Part shown: positions 1 to 10,056 of the stretch, one piece after another
Numbering within the stretch: position 1 is the first letter of the stretch
Layout: every line of letters begins with the position of its first letter
Source of the DNA: a virus
IMG/VR virus record: IMGVR_UViG_3300021142_002226
Span: 96,001-160,000 of that record
Reading direction: 5' to 3' (one strand)
DNA length: 64,000 nucleotides
Translations under genes and position numbers: made by a program
The notes under the pieces: generated by a model
Databases searched by the model: none
What the model was told of the DNA's origin: nothing
The model's input: the letters and a program-made list of their open reading frames with translations, nothing else

Positions 1-1048
1 CATCATCTGGTGTTATAATAACATAATATTTTGGAACACCTTTATCTTTTGTACTCATCATTTCGTCATAAGAAAGTATATTATCTATGTTAGTTATACC
101 ATAGTATTCGGCAACTCTTTCCTTTAAGATTTCAAAATCATCTAATCTCGATAAATCTAAATCTCTGAATTGACTATAAGGTAATCTATCAGAAATTTTT
201 TGTTTTTCAGGATTGATTTTACTTAATTCCTTTTTGTTAGCGTCAGCAGAAAAACTGGTTGAATCGAAATCTGGGTTTTTAGTAACAGCAGCAATTTTAG
301 TATGAGCGGCGCTAATAATATTGTAACCCTCAGATTTCAATCGATTCATTACGTTATTTGCTATTTTTACATATTTTTCAGTAAAAAAATCACCAGAATC
401 ATTCCATCTGAACATAACTCTATGTTTATATCCTTTGACAGCCTTATGTTCAACACATTTTTCCTTTAATTCGATATATAACCTTTCTTCATATTCTTTT
501 GGAAAGTTCAATAAATAATTTAATCTTCTTGTCATACTATCATATGACGCTGGATATTGAATATAATTTCCAGATAATGCATAACAACCTTGCCTGCATT
601 TACCAGCGCCTGGACAAGTGTTAATTATATAGAACTTTTTACTTTGAATATCATAAGCTAATCCTCTAAATGCTGGTAAACCAGTTTTATAAACAAAATC
701 ATTTCTACCACCACTTTTTAACATTTTATCGTTGGTATTCACCAAATTATTAGGTGGTGTAGTCATTCTTTCAATAAATGTTGGGATATCCACTTCCTCA
801 AATTCTGTACCAATCAATCTTGATTTTGCGTGTACAAATGGCATACCTGTACTAAATTTTTCTCTATCTGCGGTACTTAATTCTCTGTTAGCTATTACAC
901 GATTTAAATAATTAACAACTTCTGGTAAAGGCATACATGTAGCCTTTACATCCTTGAAATCCTTTTTCCAATCAATTTCATCTATCTGAATTCCAGATAT
1001 TTTTTTGATTTTATCAATTGACTCTTGAAGAGATAAAGCTTTTTTCAT
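1..1048 (-). CDS. GP88-like Cys-cluster protein (3' end runs off the window; not in the ORF track)
   Basis: Manual translation: MKKALSLQESIDKIKKISGI...NTCPGAGKCRQGCYALSGNY...VMFRWNDSGDFF. The Cx5Cx3CYA and FRWxDSGD motifs resemble phage GP88-like proteins. Open from ATG 1048 to the window edge. Confidence 0.7.
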   Translation of the reverse strand, partial: MKKALSLQESIDKIKKISGIQIDEIDWKKDFKDVKATCMPLPEVVNYLNRVIANRELSTADREKFSTGMPFVHAKSRLIGTEFEEVDIPTFIERMTTPPNNLVNTNDKMLKSGGRNDFVYKTGLPAFRGLAYDIQSKKFYIINTCPGAGKCRQGCYALSGNYIQYPASYDSMTRRLNYLLNFPKEYEERLYIELKEKCVEHKAVKGYKHRVMFRWNDSGDFFTEKYVKIANNVMNRLKSEGYNIISAAHTKIAAVTKNPDFDSTSFSADANKKELSKINPEKQKISDRLPYSQFRDLDLSRLDDFEILKERVAEYYGITNIDNILSYDEMMSTKDKGVPKYYVIITPDD

Positions 1049-1058
1049 ATAATATTGT

Positions 1059-1078
1059 TATAAATAGAAGTATTTATA
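1059..1078. promoter_or_regulatory. Divergent pair of putative late-promoter motifs (TATAAATA-gaag-TATTTATA palindrome)
   Basis: Perfect 8-bp inverted repeat between divergent ATGs at 1048(-) and 1097(+). The same motif recurs upstream of most structural genes. Confidence 0.6.
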
Positions 1079-1096
1079 GATATAAATATAATAAAC

Positions 1097-2188
1097 ATGA
1101 GAATAAGTCCAACCGAAAGGCAAAAAATATACACGCAAGCCAAGCATAGATTAGGAGCACCAACCAGAAAAATACAGTTGGAGACCGAAACTATGGATAG
1201 TTTATTGGAAATTGCAACTGAAGACTATGTCGAATATATACAAAATTATTTAATAGAACAACAGTGGCCTTCACTTGTTGGTGTAAATGTTACAGAAGCA
1301 GATCTTACCAGAGCTTTTGTGAGCAGAAATTATGATCTTTTGACACAATACACTTACTCCTACTCAAAAATAGTTGGTTTGGGGGCTGGAGAAGGTGGAT
1401 ATATATTAAAAAAAGATTATGTGACTTTACAGTCTGGTGTACAAATGTATGAAATTCCAGCTAATCGTGAAATTAACGAAGTTCTTTGGTATAACCCAGC
1501 AACTTTGGATCAATCGGTTATTGATCCTTTTTTAGGTGTTTGGAACAATCAATTTGGCGCAGAATATATTGGATTAGGTTCATATTATATATTACCTGCA
1601 TTTGATATTTTAATGAGGGCTTCAGACAGAAATTTAAAAAACCGTTTGGTTAAGGGTGAATTATTATATAAAATCACAAACGCACCAAATGGAAAAAAAT
1701 ATTTACACCTTTTAAATACACCTGGTGGTCAATATGACCAAAACCAGGAAATATTACAATATGGTAGGGTTTGGTATTGGTATTACGATATTAATGGAAA
1801 TAAAGAAGATTGCCTGGAAAAAAATAAAGATATTATTAAGACACCGTCTGACGTTCCTCTTGATAATTTATCTTTTGATGATTTAAATGATCCATCTAAA
1901 GTTTGGATAAGACGTTATTTTGTTGCATTATGTAAAGAAACCTTGGGTAGAATTCGTGGTTATGCAAACGGAAAAATTCCTTCAGGAGAACAGCAAGCTT
2001 TAGAACTTGAATACCAATCTTTATACACTGAAGCTAAAGATGAAATGAGTATACTTAAAAAAGAGTTGGAAGATAGATTAATTAAATTCCACCCAACAGC
2101 AACATTAGAAAGAATGTCGAAAGAGGCTGAATTTATTAACACTGGTCTTAAATACAGACCAATGCCAAGACCAATTAGATTGATATAA
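1097..2188 (+). CDS. gp13: Neck protein, T4 gp13-like
   Basis: N-terminal RLGAPTRKIQLETETMDSLLEIATEDY resembles gp13 LGAPxxxVEL; C-terminal ELEYQSLYTEAKDEM...L is typical of the family. Confidence 0.75.
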   Translation: MRISPTERQKIYTQAKHRLGAPTRKIQLETETMDSLLEIATEDYVEYIQNYLIEQQWPSLVGVNVTEADLTRAFVSRNYDLLTQYTYSYSKIVGLGAGEGGYILKKDYVTLQSGVQMYEIPANREINEVLWYNPATLDQSVIDPFLGVWNNQFGAEYIGLGSYYILPAFDILMRASDRNLKNRLVKGELLYKITNAPNGKKYLHLLNTPGGQYDQNQEILQYGRVWYWYYDINGNKEDCLEKNKDIIKTPSDVPLDNLSFDDLNDPSKVWIRRYFVALCKETLGRIRGYANGKIPSGEQQALELEYQSLYTEAKDEMSILKKELEDRLIKFHPTATLERMSKEAEFINTGLKYRPMPRPIRLI

Positions 2189-2189
2189 C

Positions 2190-4346
2190 ATGTATAAAGT
2201 ATTTTTAGTTGAAAATGATTTCGATTTTGAACTTGCGGACGATGTTACAGAATACAGTCGTGATTATAGTTCATATGAAGCATTTTATATTGATGTGACA
2301 AAATCTTTATATTCAACAGGCGGAACTACTCAACAAACAAGTGTTTTACTAAATAATATTAGTTTAACTGGTTTTGATAATGGATTTTTGGGTGATGATA
2401 TACCCAAACAATATCAAGGAATTGTAGTTGCAAATAGTTATACATCTTATACACTTTCTGGTGACATGAATTGGGCATATATATTTAATGATTATACATA
2501 TGATTATACAGGATATACAGGACAAAAAGATTTATTAATAGAATTTAAACCACCTATTATCAGAAATACTTACGATTCATTAGTTTTTGTTGTTTATGAT
2601 AATAATAGTTCCTTTTATGAATATATACCATTTGCATACGAAGATGGTATATCAAATTTTTATACTTGCTATGATAATAATGGTTCTTTAAATGGTATAA
2701 TAAATTCAGGTGATACTATATCTTTTTATATCAGCAACAACACACTATATGTGCAAGTTAATGGTACAACAATTAGGGTAAATAATAACCCAAATACCAA
2801 TAATGACTATAGATTTGAATTTGGCGCATTAGCTACTGTCAGCGGTGAAACGTATACAGTTAATGATTTTTCCATATATTCACAAAGAATAATTTATACT
2901 GGAACATCAAACAATATTACAGACTTAAATCCTCAATTAACAGGAACAACTTATACTTGGGGTAAAACCAAATTTAAATTACTACCTGTTTCAACTTTAA
3001 ATATTGGGCAAAATAACAATATAAAATATGATATAATTCCTCAATATGATTACAAAGAATTGAATGGTGGATTCTATCAAGGTGCTTTTAAACTATACAA
3101 CTACCCTGTCCAATACTTCAAAACGAGAGCAAATAAAGGTTGGACAATTAATACTTTGATAACAAATCCTTCTGTTGTAACTGGTTCAACTAATTACTTG
3201 AATTTTTTACATCCTGATAATAGCGGAATTATATTTTATATCGGAACAAGAGCTGAAAATAAATATTGGTCAGTTACAGGTTCCGCAATAAATGTAATGA
3301 AAACCCAATATAAATTACCTACAAGTGGTGATACTGCAAGTGTCTTTAATTATAATAATAATTACAATAATACAGATTATCAGAACACTTACTACTATGA
3401 AGTACCAAATGATATTTCAAATAATGTTATAACTGGAATCACGGAACCAATTAGTAAAATCAATGACGAAATTGACCATGGTTTGATTGATGAAAATAAT
3501 ATGTACACCGTTGACGCTATTTTCACCTTAAATAATCAACCTTATTCTGGATATTATAATAGTAAAAATGGTTTATATTATTCTGGTAGAACATATGACG
3601 GAACAGGCAATGGTTTATTAAAGAAGATTAATTTTTATAAAGATGTTATTGATAATTCATTTGGAATCTTTTTAGATAAACATGGTAATATAGGATATAA
3701 GTTGATTTATGCTACAGATCCTTGTTATACTGGAACATGTCAAGACCCATTAACAATCACTAATAATAGTTTCATAGATTACACAACTGATTCAGATACG
3801 AATAAAATTCAAGAAATTAGAACAAAGTATTTTTCGATAAAAAAGGTTACTTCTAAAACACCAATTATAAATACTGGTGATACAATGAATAGATTTATAT
3901 ATTTGACAACAATTTTTGAAAGAGATTTTACTTATGACACTGATTGTATGTTAAAATATGGAAAGTATAAAAATGGTACTTTGAGTATATTCATTAACGG
4001 TAAAAAAGTTTTCGAAGATAAAAATTGTAATGAAATTATCCCACATGAGTTAGATACCGATTCGTTTTACCAAGAAGGTGTCCCATTCAACATATCATTT
4101 GGGGGTGGTACTCAAGGATTAATAAACTCCGTAGATATTTTAGGTAATTATACAAGTCCATATAATAAACTTATAATTGATGAATTTTTTAGTGGTACAT
4201 ATTTTGGTGGTGTCAAATCTATACAAATGTTAATGGTGCCGCTTGATGTGACAGAAATAAAATCAAATGTGGATAAAATAAAAAATATATATAATTTACC
4301 AACAATAACTGGTGGTAGATATGTTAAATTAAAACAATTATACTAA
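2190..4346 (+). CDS. Virion structural protein (Thr/Asn/Tyr-rich, LamG-like C-terminus)
   Basis: 718-aa ORF with beta-rich composition; C-terminal LSIFING...ISFGGG...YFGGVKSIQM pattern; follows the neck gene. Confidence 0.5.
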   Translation: MYKVFLVENDFDFELADDVTEYSRDYSSYEAFYIDVTKSLYSTGGTTQQTSVLLNNISLTGFDNGFLGDDIPKQYQGIVVANSYTSYTLSGDMNWAYIFNDYTYDYTGYTGQKDLLIEFKPPIIRNTYDSLVFVVYDNNSSFYEYIPFAYEDGISNFYTCYDNNGSLNGIINSGDTISFYISNNTLYVQVNGTTIRVNNNPNTNNDYRFEFGALATVSGETYTVNDFSIYSQRIIYTGTSNNITDLNPQLTGTTYTWGKTKFKLLPVSTLNIGQNNNIKYDIIPQYDYKELNGGFYQGAFKLYNYPVQYFKTRANKGWTINTLITNPSVVTGSTNYLNFLHPDNSGIIFYIGTRAENKYWSVTGSAINVMKTQYKLPTSGDTASVFNYNNNYNNTDYQNTYYYEVPNDISNNVITGITEPISKINDEIDHGLIDENNMYTVDAIFTLNNQPYSGYYNSKNGLYYSGRTYDGTGNGLLKKINFYKDVIDNSFGIFLDKHGNIGYKLIYATDPCYTGTCQDPLTITNNSFIDYTTDSDTNKIQEIRTKYFSIKKVTSKTPIINTGDTMNRFIYLTTIFERDFTYDTDCMLKYGKYKNGTLSIFINGKKVFEDKNCNEIIPHELDTDSFYQEGVPFNISFGGGTQGLINSVDILGNYTSPYNKLIIDEFFSGTYFGGVKSIQMLMVPLDVTEIKSNVDKIKNIYNLPTITGGRYVKLKQLY

Positions 4347-4747
4347 TGGTTTTTACAATCAGAAAAAATGCGACTCTACCTATATTGAAATTGAAAGTAT
4401 ATAAAGATGGTAGAAATGATTTTTATAAATTGATGGACTTATTGCCAACAGCATCTATAACTTTTGCTATGAAGGATAATATTACTGGTATCTATAAGGT
4501 TGCAAATAGAGCCGCTCAGATATATCTCAAAGACCCTTCAGTTACAGATGGTGTAAAGGAATATTATATAGGTTATCAATTTACATCTGAAGATACAGAT
4601 ACACCAGGAGTTTATACTGGAAGTTTTAAGATAAATTGTTTTAATTCAGATAATTCATTATACGGTGAATTGGTAGTCCCAATTAGAGAAGAATTATATA
4701 TTCATGTTATAGATAACTTTGTCAAATCTGACGTAGTCTATATTTAA
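4346..4747 (+). CDS. BppU-like Ig-fold virion protein
   Basis: FTIRKNATLPILKL...YQFTSEDTDTPGVYTGSFKI fits the BppU N-terminal pattern. Confidence 0.6.
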   Translation: MVFTIRKNATLPILKLKVYKDGRNDFYKLMDLLPTASITFAMKDNITGIYKVANRAAQIYLKDPSVTDGVKEYYIGYQFTSEDTDTPGVYTGSFKINCFNSDNSLYGELVVPIREELYIHVIDNFVKSDVVYI

Positions 4748-4779
4748 TTTGTTTTTTGACTTTATTTTTATTATATTTG
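4748..4779 (+). promoter_or_regulatory. Bacteroidetes-type housekeeping promoter for the DNA polymerase
   Basis: TTTG(4748-4751)-N20-TATATTTG(4772-4779) matches the -33/-7 consensus. Confidence 0.7.
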
Positions 4780-4795
4780 TGCTCAAAATAGTGTT

Positions 4796-7700
4796 ATGAG
4801 TGAATATAGTATCCCAATGGAGTCTGTGGAAAAGTTTCTTTCTGGTCATGGTGAAGAGAAATATATTGTAAATATTGAATATGAATCTGACACAAATACA
4901 ATATATAAAATCAAAGATATACCAGAACAAGGGATTGTTATTGAGAAAGAATTCTTAAAATCTTTCATGTGGATTAAAAACCTTAATGAAGTTAAAAAGA
5001 TTTGCAACTTTTATCATAACAACGATCTTACCATTAAACTCAAAATGAAGGAGTATGGCATCCAAATTAAAAAGCTAAGACACGATGACCACCCAAGATT
5101 AGTGAATGGTTACACATATTTAGTTACATGTGAACAAGGACACAAAAGAATGCTATCATTTTTTGCTGATGGTGGTATAAATTTCTACAACAAGTTTGAA
5201 AAGAGAATTAATTTAAAGGAATATTTTACAATATTATCCCCAATTGAACAGTATTTTATCAGTACTGGTAATCGTTTATATAAAGGTATTGAAGATTATA
5301 ATGAGTTGACAAAACTTATTTTTGACTTGGAAACAACAGGCTTGGATCCAAATATAGAAAAAATATTTTTGATTGGTTGTAAAACTAATAAAGGATATGA
5401 AAAATTGATTGAAATCGACATAAACGACCCTGAATCTGAAAAAAATGGGATTATACAATTCTTCAATGAAATCGATGCAATAAAACCAACTATCATTGGT
5501 GGTTACAATAGTGCAAACTTTGACTGGTATTTCATATTCAAAAGATGTCAAATTCTTGGTATTGATATTGAAAATATCGCAAAGACTCTGAAAAAAGATA
5601 AACAAATATACGTTACTGAACAAATACTAAAACTTGGTAACGAGGTTGAAAGATATATCCAAACAAATATGTTCGGATATAGTATTATCGATATTAACCA
5701 CTCAACCAGAAGAGCACAAGCTATTGATTCTGATATGAAATTTACCAGATTGAAATATGTTTGTAAATATAATGATGTTGCTAAATCAAATCGTGTATAC
5801 ATCGTTGGTGAAAATATTGGAAAATATTGGAAAAGCGACAAGAAATATTATTTTGATGATAAAAGTGGTTCATATTCTGAAATTAAACCAAAAGTTGAGT
5901 ATATGGATTTTATCACGAGACAGATTGTTAAAGATAATCCAGACAAAATATTTATTTTCGGTGATAATGATCTAAGAGAAGGTTTTGGTGGTCAGGCCAA
6001 AGAAATGAGAAACGAAAAAAACTCTATTGGTATTGTCACAAAAAAAGCGCCAGGTACAACTGATGATTGTTATTATAATGATGATGAGTTTGAATTAAAT
6101 AAAAAGAAAATAAATCTCGACCTAAAAATTATAATTAACGAAATAAAGAAAGGTAAATGTATTGTTATACCTTCTTCTGGTATTGGTACAGGTTTAGCTA
6201 AATTACAGGAAAAAGCTCCAAAAACCTTCAAATTTTTACAAAATTCTTTAAACTTATTAAAGGTTTATTGTGATAGTTTTGTAGAATGTGATGGTAAATA
6301 TATTGTTAACAGATACTTGATGGATGACCTTTGGGAAACACTCGAAGTTGATAATATTTACAATCAATCATCATTTATGTTGGCTAAATTAATACCAACA
6401 AGTTATCAAAGAGTATCTACAATGGGTACTGCTGGACTATGGAAAATGTTGATGTTAACATGGTCTTATGAAAATGATTTAGCAATTCCAATAAATGATG
6501 AAAAACGAGATTTCGTTGGTGGATTATCAAGACTGTTTAAAGTTGGTTTTTCTAAGAAATTAAGAAAGATGGACTATTCATCTCTTTATCCTTCTATACA
6601 GCTTGCACATGAGGTGTTCCCATCTTGTGATATAACACATGTAATGAAATCTTTACTTAAATATTTTCACTCTGAACGTTTTAAAGCAAAGAATCTCGCT
6701 AAGAAATACGGTAAAGCTGGTGATAAACAAATGAAAAGTTTTTATGACCGTAAACAATTACCTCTGAAAATATTCATCAACTCAATGTTCGGTGCCCTTG
6801 GAGCACCAACAGCATTTAACTGGGCTGAAATGGATGTTGCTGAAGGTATTACTGCGAGAGCAAGACAATACTTAAGGATAATGGTTAAATTTTTTATGGC
6901 TAAAGGTTATGAACCATTAGTACTTGATACGGATGGTGTTAACTTTATGGCACCAGAATCTGGAGAGGAAAATTTTAGATACATTGGTCTGGGTAATAAT
7001 GAAGCTGTAATTAAAGATAAAGAATACACAGGAGTTGATGCAGTGATTGCTGAATTTAATGATTTATTCATGAAAGGTGAAATGGCATTAAGTTTGGATG
7101 GTACATGGCCGTCAACCATAAATCTTGCTCGTAAAAACTATGCCTTACTTGAAGATAGTGGTAAAGTAAAATTGACTGGTAATAGTATCAAATCTAAAAA
7201 AATGCCAGCCTATATTGAAGAATTTTTGGATAAAGCCTTGGTTTTACTATTAAATGAAAAAGGTTCTGAATTTGTTAACTACTACAATACCTACGTTCAA
7301 AAAATATATAATAAAGAAATTCCACTTTCAAAAATTGCAACAAAAGCAAGAGTTAAAAAAACTTTAGAAGATTATAAAAATCGTGGGCTTAACAAGAACG
7401 GTAAACCATTACCAAAGCAAGCTCATATGGAATTAGCCATAATCAATAAATTAAATATTAATCTTGGAGATACTTTATATTACGTTAATAATGGTACAAA
7501 ATTAACTCAAGGCGATATTCAAACAGTAAAAGTTACAAAAAAAGGTTGGTCAGAAAAAGATATAGAAGATCATATAACTCATTATGGTAAATCACCAGTG
7601 GGTCTAACATCGATAAATAAATTAAATTGTTATATGTTAGATAGCAAAGAATTGGAAGATAAACCAGATATGTTAGGTGAGTACAATGTAGCAAAATATT

Positions 7701-8002
7701 TGGATGCTTTCAACAAGAGAATCAAACCGCTTTTAGTTGTCTTTAGTGAAGATATTAGAGCTGGTTTACTATTAAAAAACCCTTCAGATAAAAAGGATTA
7801 TTTAAAAAATGAGTTGAAGCTAATCAATGGTATACCATATAAAGAGGCTGACCAAGATACTATACAAGATTTATTTACACCATCGGAACTTGAAAATGTT
7901 TACTGGAAAAAAATGAATTATAATCCAAATTTCTGGTTTAATGATAAAATAAACTTTACTGTTCCAGGGTTAGATAGGGTGGTTGAGATAGAAAATATAT
8001 AA
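4796..8002 (+). CDS. polB: Family B DNA polymerase with an inserted domain in the exonuclease region
   Basis: ExoI FDLETTG, ExoII YNSANFDW, ExoIII RYLMDD; polymerase motifs MDYSSLYPS, KIFINSMFG, LDTDG. Confidence 0.95.
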   Translation: MSEYSIPMESVEKFLSGHGEEKYIVNIEYESDTNTIYKIKDIPEQGIVIEKEFLKSFMWIKNLNEVKKICNFYHNNDLTIKLKMKEYGIQIKKLRHDDHPRLVNGYTYLVTCEQGHKRMLSFFADGGINFYNKFEKRINLKEYFTILSPIEQYFISTGNRLYKGIEDYNELTKLIFDLETTGLDPNIEKIFLIGCKTNKGYEKLIEIDINDPESEKNGIIQFFNEIDAIKPTIIGGYNSANFDWYFIFKRCQILGIDIENIAKTLKKDKQIYVTEQILKLGNEVERYIQTNMFGYSIIDINHSTRRAQAIDSDMKFTRLKYVCKYNDVAKSNRVYIVGENIGKYWKSDKKYYFDDKSGSYSEIKPKVEYMDFITRQIVKDNPDKIFIFGDNDLREGFGGQAKEMRNEKNSIGIVTKKAPGTTDDCYYNDDEFELNKKKINLDLKIIINEIKKGKCIVIPSSGIGTGLAKLQEKAPKTFKFLQNSLNLLKVYCDSFVECDGKYIVNRYLMDDLWETLEVDNIYNQSSFMLAKLIPTSYQRVSTMGTAGLWKMLMLTWSYENDLAIPINDEKRDFVGGLSRLFKVGFSKKLRKMDYSSLYPSIQLAHEVFPSCDITHVMKSLLKYFHSERFKAKNLAKKYGKAGDKQMKSFYDRKQLPLKIFINSMFGALGAPTAFNWAEMDVAEGITARARQYLRIMVKFFMAKGYEPLVLDTDGVNFMAPESGEENFRYIGLGNNEAVIKDKEYTGVDAVIAEFNDLFMKGEMALSLDGTWPSTINLARKNYALLEDSGKVKLTGNSIKSKKMPAYIEEFLDKALVLLLNEKGSEFVNYYNTYVQKIYNKEIPLSKIATKARVKKTLEDYKNRGLNKNGKPLPKQAHMELAIINKLNINLGDTLYYVNNGTKLTQGDIQTVKVTKKGWSEKDIEDHITHYGKSPVGLTSINKLNCYMLDSKELEDKPDMLGEYNVAKYLDAFNKRIKPLLVVFSEDIRAGLLLKNPSDKKDYLKNELKLINGIPYKEADQDTIQDLFTPSELENVYWKKMNYNPNFWFNDKINFTVPGLDRVVEIENI

Positions 8003-8044
8003 TTTTTACCTTTTCTTTGATATTTATAATAAATATATTTATAA

Positions 8045-8593
8045 ATGCAAAAAAAGGTTTTAAAAGAGTTTATAGATGGCGATGGTAATATTCCAGACTC
8101 TAAAATACCGCCAGGACTTAATGCTAAATCAACCTCGCATATAACATCTGACAAGATGATGAGGATGGTTGCACAGCCATTTGTGTTCGTTAACTACAGA
8201 CGTTATTATGGTGAATCTGAACTCCCATATAATGAGGAGGCTGATAAACACGCTAAAGATCCTAAAAAATTCTACGAGTTTTTGAAAACTAAAGGTGCTG
8301 AAGCTACCTTTGAAGAATATTTTACTAAAGACGAAAAATCCCTTCAAGAAACTTTAAAAGACATTAGAAAACAAAAAGCTATTGATCTTATCGAAGACAT
8401 ATTAACAAAAAGACAAATATATAATGATGTTTTTGCTAAACAAGCTGAAAACACAAAAAGTATCGATGAAATCAAAAATGATAATAAACTAATTTTTGGT
8501 CAACTTGACAAAATATTAGAATTTATTAAATATAATATGGATACAGGTGAAAAACATTTGATTTTATCTCATATTATGGAAAATCTAAAATAA
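8045..8593 (+). CDS. Hypothetical late protein
   Basis: 182-aa ORF with two TATTTATA motifs upstream (8021, 8036). Confidence 0.6.
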   Translation: MQKKVLKEFIDGDGNIPDSKIPPGLNAKSTSHITSDKMMRMVAQPFVFVNYRRYYGESELPYNEEADKHAKDPKKFYEFLKTKGAEATFEEYFTKDEKSLQETLKDIRKQKAIDLIEDILTKRQIYNDVFAKQAENTKSIDEIKNDNKLIFGQLDKILEFIKYNMDTGEKHLILSHIMENLK

Positions 8594-9069
8594 TGGCAAA
8601 TTCTCAGTTAAGAGGTATGGTTTTCAACATACCTGAAAAAATATACTTAGAATTGACTGGAATATACAACAAATATCCAGACAGAAAAGATACGTCTGGT
8701 TACAAAAGATTACAATTTTTGTTGAAAAATCGTTCCTGTACTTATGAACAAATGAAAAGGATTAAAAACTTTTTTGACCATTTCATTCCTGACCAAAATA
8801 ACAGTGTTGAATACGAATTAAATGGTGGCCAGAATTTTAGGAATTGGGTTGAAAGAACCTTAGCAGATGCAAGAGGTGAAATTAAGGATAGGAAAACTCA
8901 CCATACCAATGCTGGATTAACAAATCAATTCAGACAACATTCAGACAACAATAAATTAATAAATGCTATAAAACCTCCACAAGTTAGAGCTTATCCAGAT
9001 ATAATGACTAATAGCGCATTGATGGAGCAAATTAATAAAATAAAAAAAATAATATATTTAATTGATTAA
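8593..9069 (+). CDS. Hypothetical virion-associated protein
   Basis: Translationally coupled; QMKRIKNFFDH...ELNGG...W motif; C-terminal MEQINKIKKII resembles the shared leader motif. Confidence 0.55.
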   Translation: MANSQLRGMVFNIPEKIYLELTGIYNKYPDRKDTSGYKRLQFLLKNRSCTYEQMKRIKNFFDHFIPDQNNSVEYELNGGQNFRNWVERTLADARGEIKDRKTHHTNAGLTNQFRQHSDNNKLINAIKPPQVRAYPDIMTNSALMEQINKIKKIIYLID

Positions 9070-9071
9070 TT

Positions 9072-9299
9072 ATGGATAATAGAACACCAGCGTCAACTCA
9101 ACTTAGAGATACCGCTAAAATTCAAGAAAACACACTTGAAGCTGTAAATAAATTCAAGCCAAACTCAAATGAGTATGGTGCAACAAATAATGAGGTAATT
9201 AGTGAAGGTAACGGTACACCAATTGATATTCAACAAAGAAACACCCTCGAAGCTATCAATTATTACGGTGCAAACAACGAATATAAAACCCCAGAATAA
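9072..9299 (+). CDS. Small hypothetical protein with an internal repeat
   Basis: ENTLEAVNKFKPNSNEY / RNTLEAINYYGANNEY duplication. Confidence 0.55.
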   Translation: MDNRTPASTQLRDTAKIQENTLEAVNKFKPNSNEYGATNNEVISEGNGTPIDIQQRNTLEAINYYGANNEYKTPE

Positions 9300-9336
9300 C
9301 TTTACAAATTAATAAAAACTATTAATATTATAGATA

Positions 9337-10056
9337 ATGAATAATACAATACCAACTGATAAAGAGGCTTTATTACAATTTGCCATAGAACGTGGTATTG
9401 AAATTGTGTTTTTTTATAAAGGTGTTGATTTTGCTCAAAGGCAGAAAAGAAACGCTGACCGAAAAGAACAAGGTTTACGATATGTGCAACCCACACAATT
9501 GTTTATTCATAAAAATAGTAAAAATATGTTATTATCTGCTTTTCAGTGGGGTGGTATTACAAATACAGATACAAAAGCTGTTGGTAGTACAACCAAAGGT
9601 GGTAAACCACACTGGAAAAGTTTCAGACTTGACGAAATGAGTAATGTTCAGTTGAGATATAAAGGTAATAATGAATTTGATTATTTTGATGTTCCAAGTA
9701 AAAAGGGTGCTACTGGAAATAATGTGTCAAGTGGTTTTCCTGTTGGAAATTATACTGGACAAAGTAATATAAATGCGCTTGGCGGTAAAGCTTTAGTTTA
9801 TTTTGATTTAAATAAAGCTAAGGTATTAAGACAACAAGACAAATCATTAGAGGAACCAAAAGAACCACAAGAACCTAATTTACAGAAGGAACCTGAAAAA
9901 CCTAATCAACCAAAGAAACAAGGTTTATATACACCAGATGAAATTAAAAAGGTTCAAAAAATAAAACAAAACCTTGATAGCTATGAGCCTATAGAGGAAA
10001 GCTATAGCTCAGGGTTCTTTAAATGGGTACAAAATTTGTATGGAAAGACAAGATAA
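9337..10056 (+). CDS. WYL-domain-like protein
   Basis: IVFFYKG...RYVQPTQL...LLSAFQ...WKSFRLDEMSNV fits the WYL pattern RxVxP...FRLDRI. Confidence 0.65.
   Translation: MNNTIPTDKEALLQFAIERGIEIVFFYKGVDFAQRQKRNADRKEQGLRYVQPTQLFIHKNSKNMLLSAFQWGGITNTDTKAVGSTTKGGKPHWKSFRLDEMSNVQLRYKGNNEFDYFDVPSKKGATGNNVSSGFPVGNYTGQSNINALGGKALVYFDLNKAKVLRQQDKSLEEPKEPQEPNLQKEPEKPNQPKKQGLYTPDEIKKVQKIKQNLDSYEPIEESYSSGFFKWVQNLYGKTR

Noticed and set aside
5903-6270. PolB insert as an intein
   Set aside because: There is no N-terminal Cys/Ser block A, no TxxH, and no His-Asn terminus.
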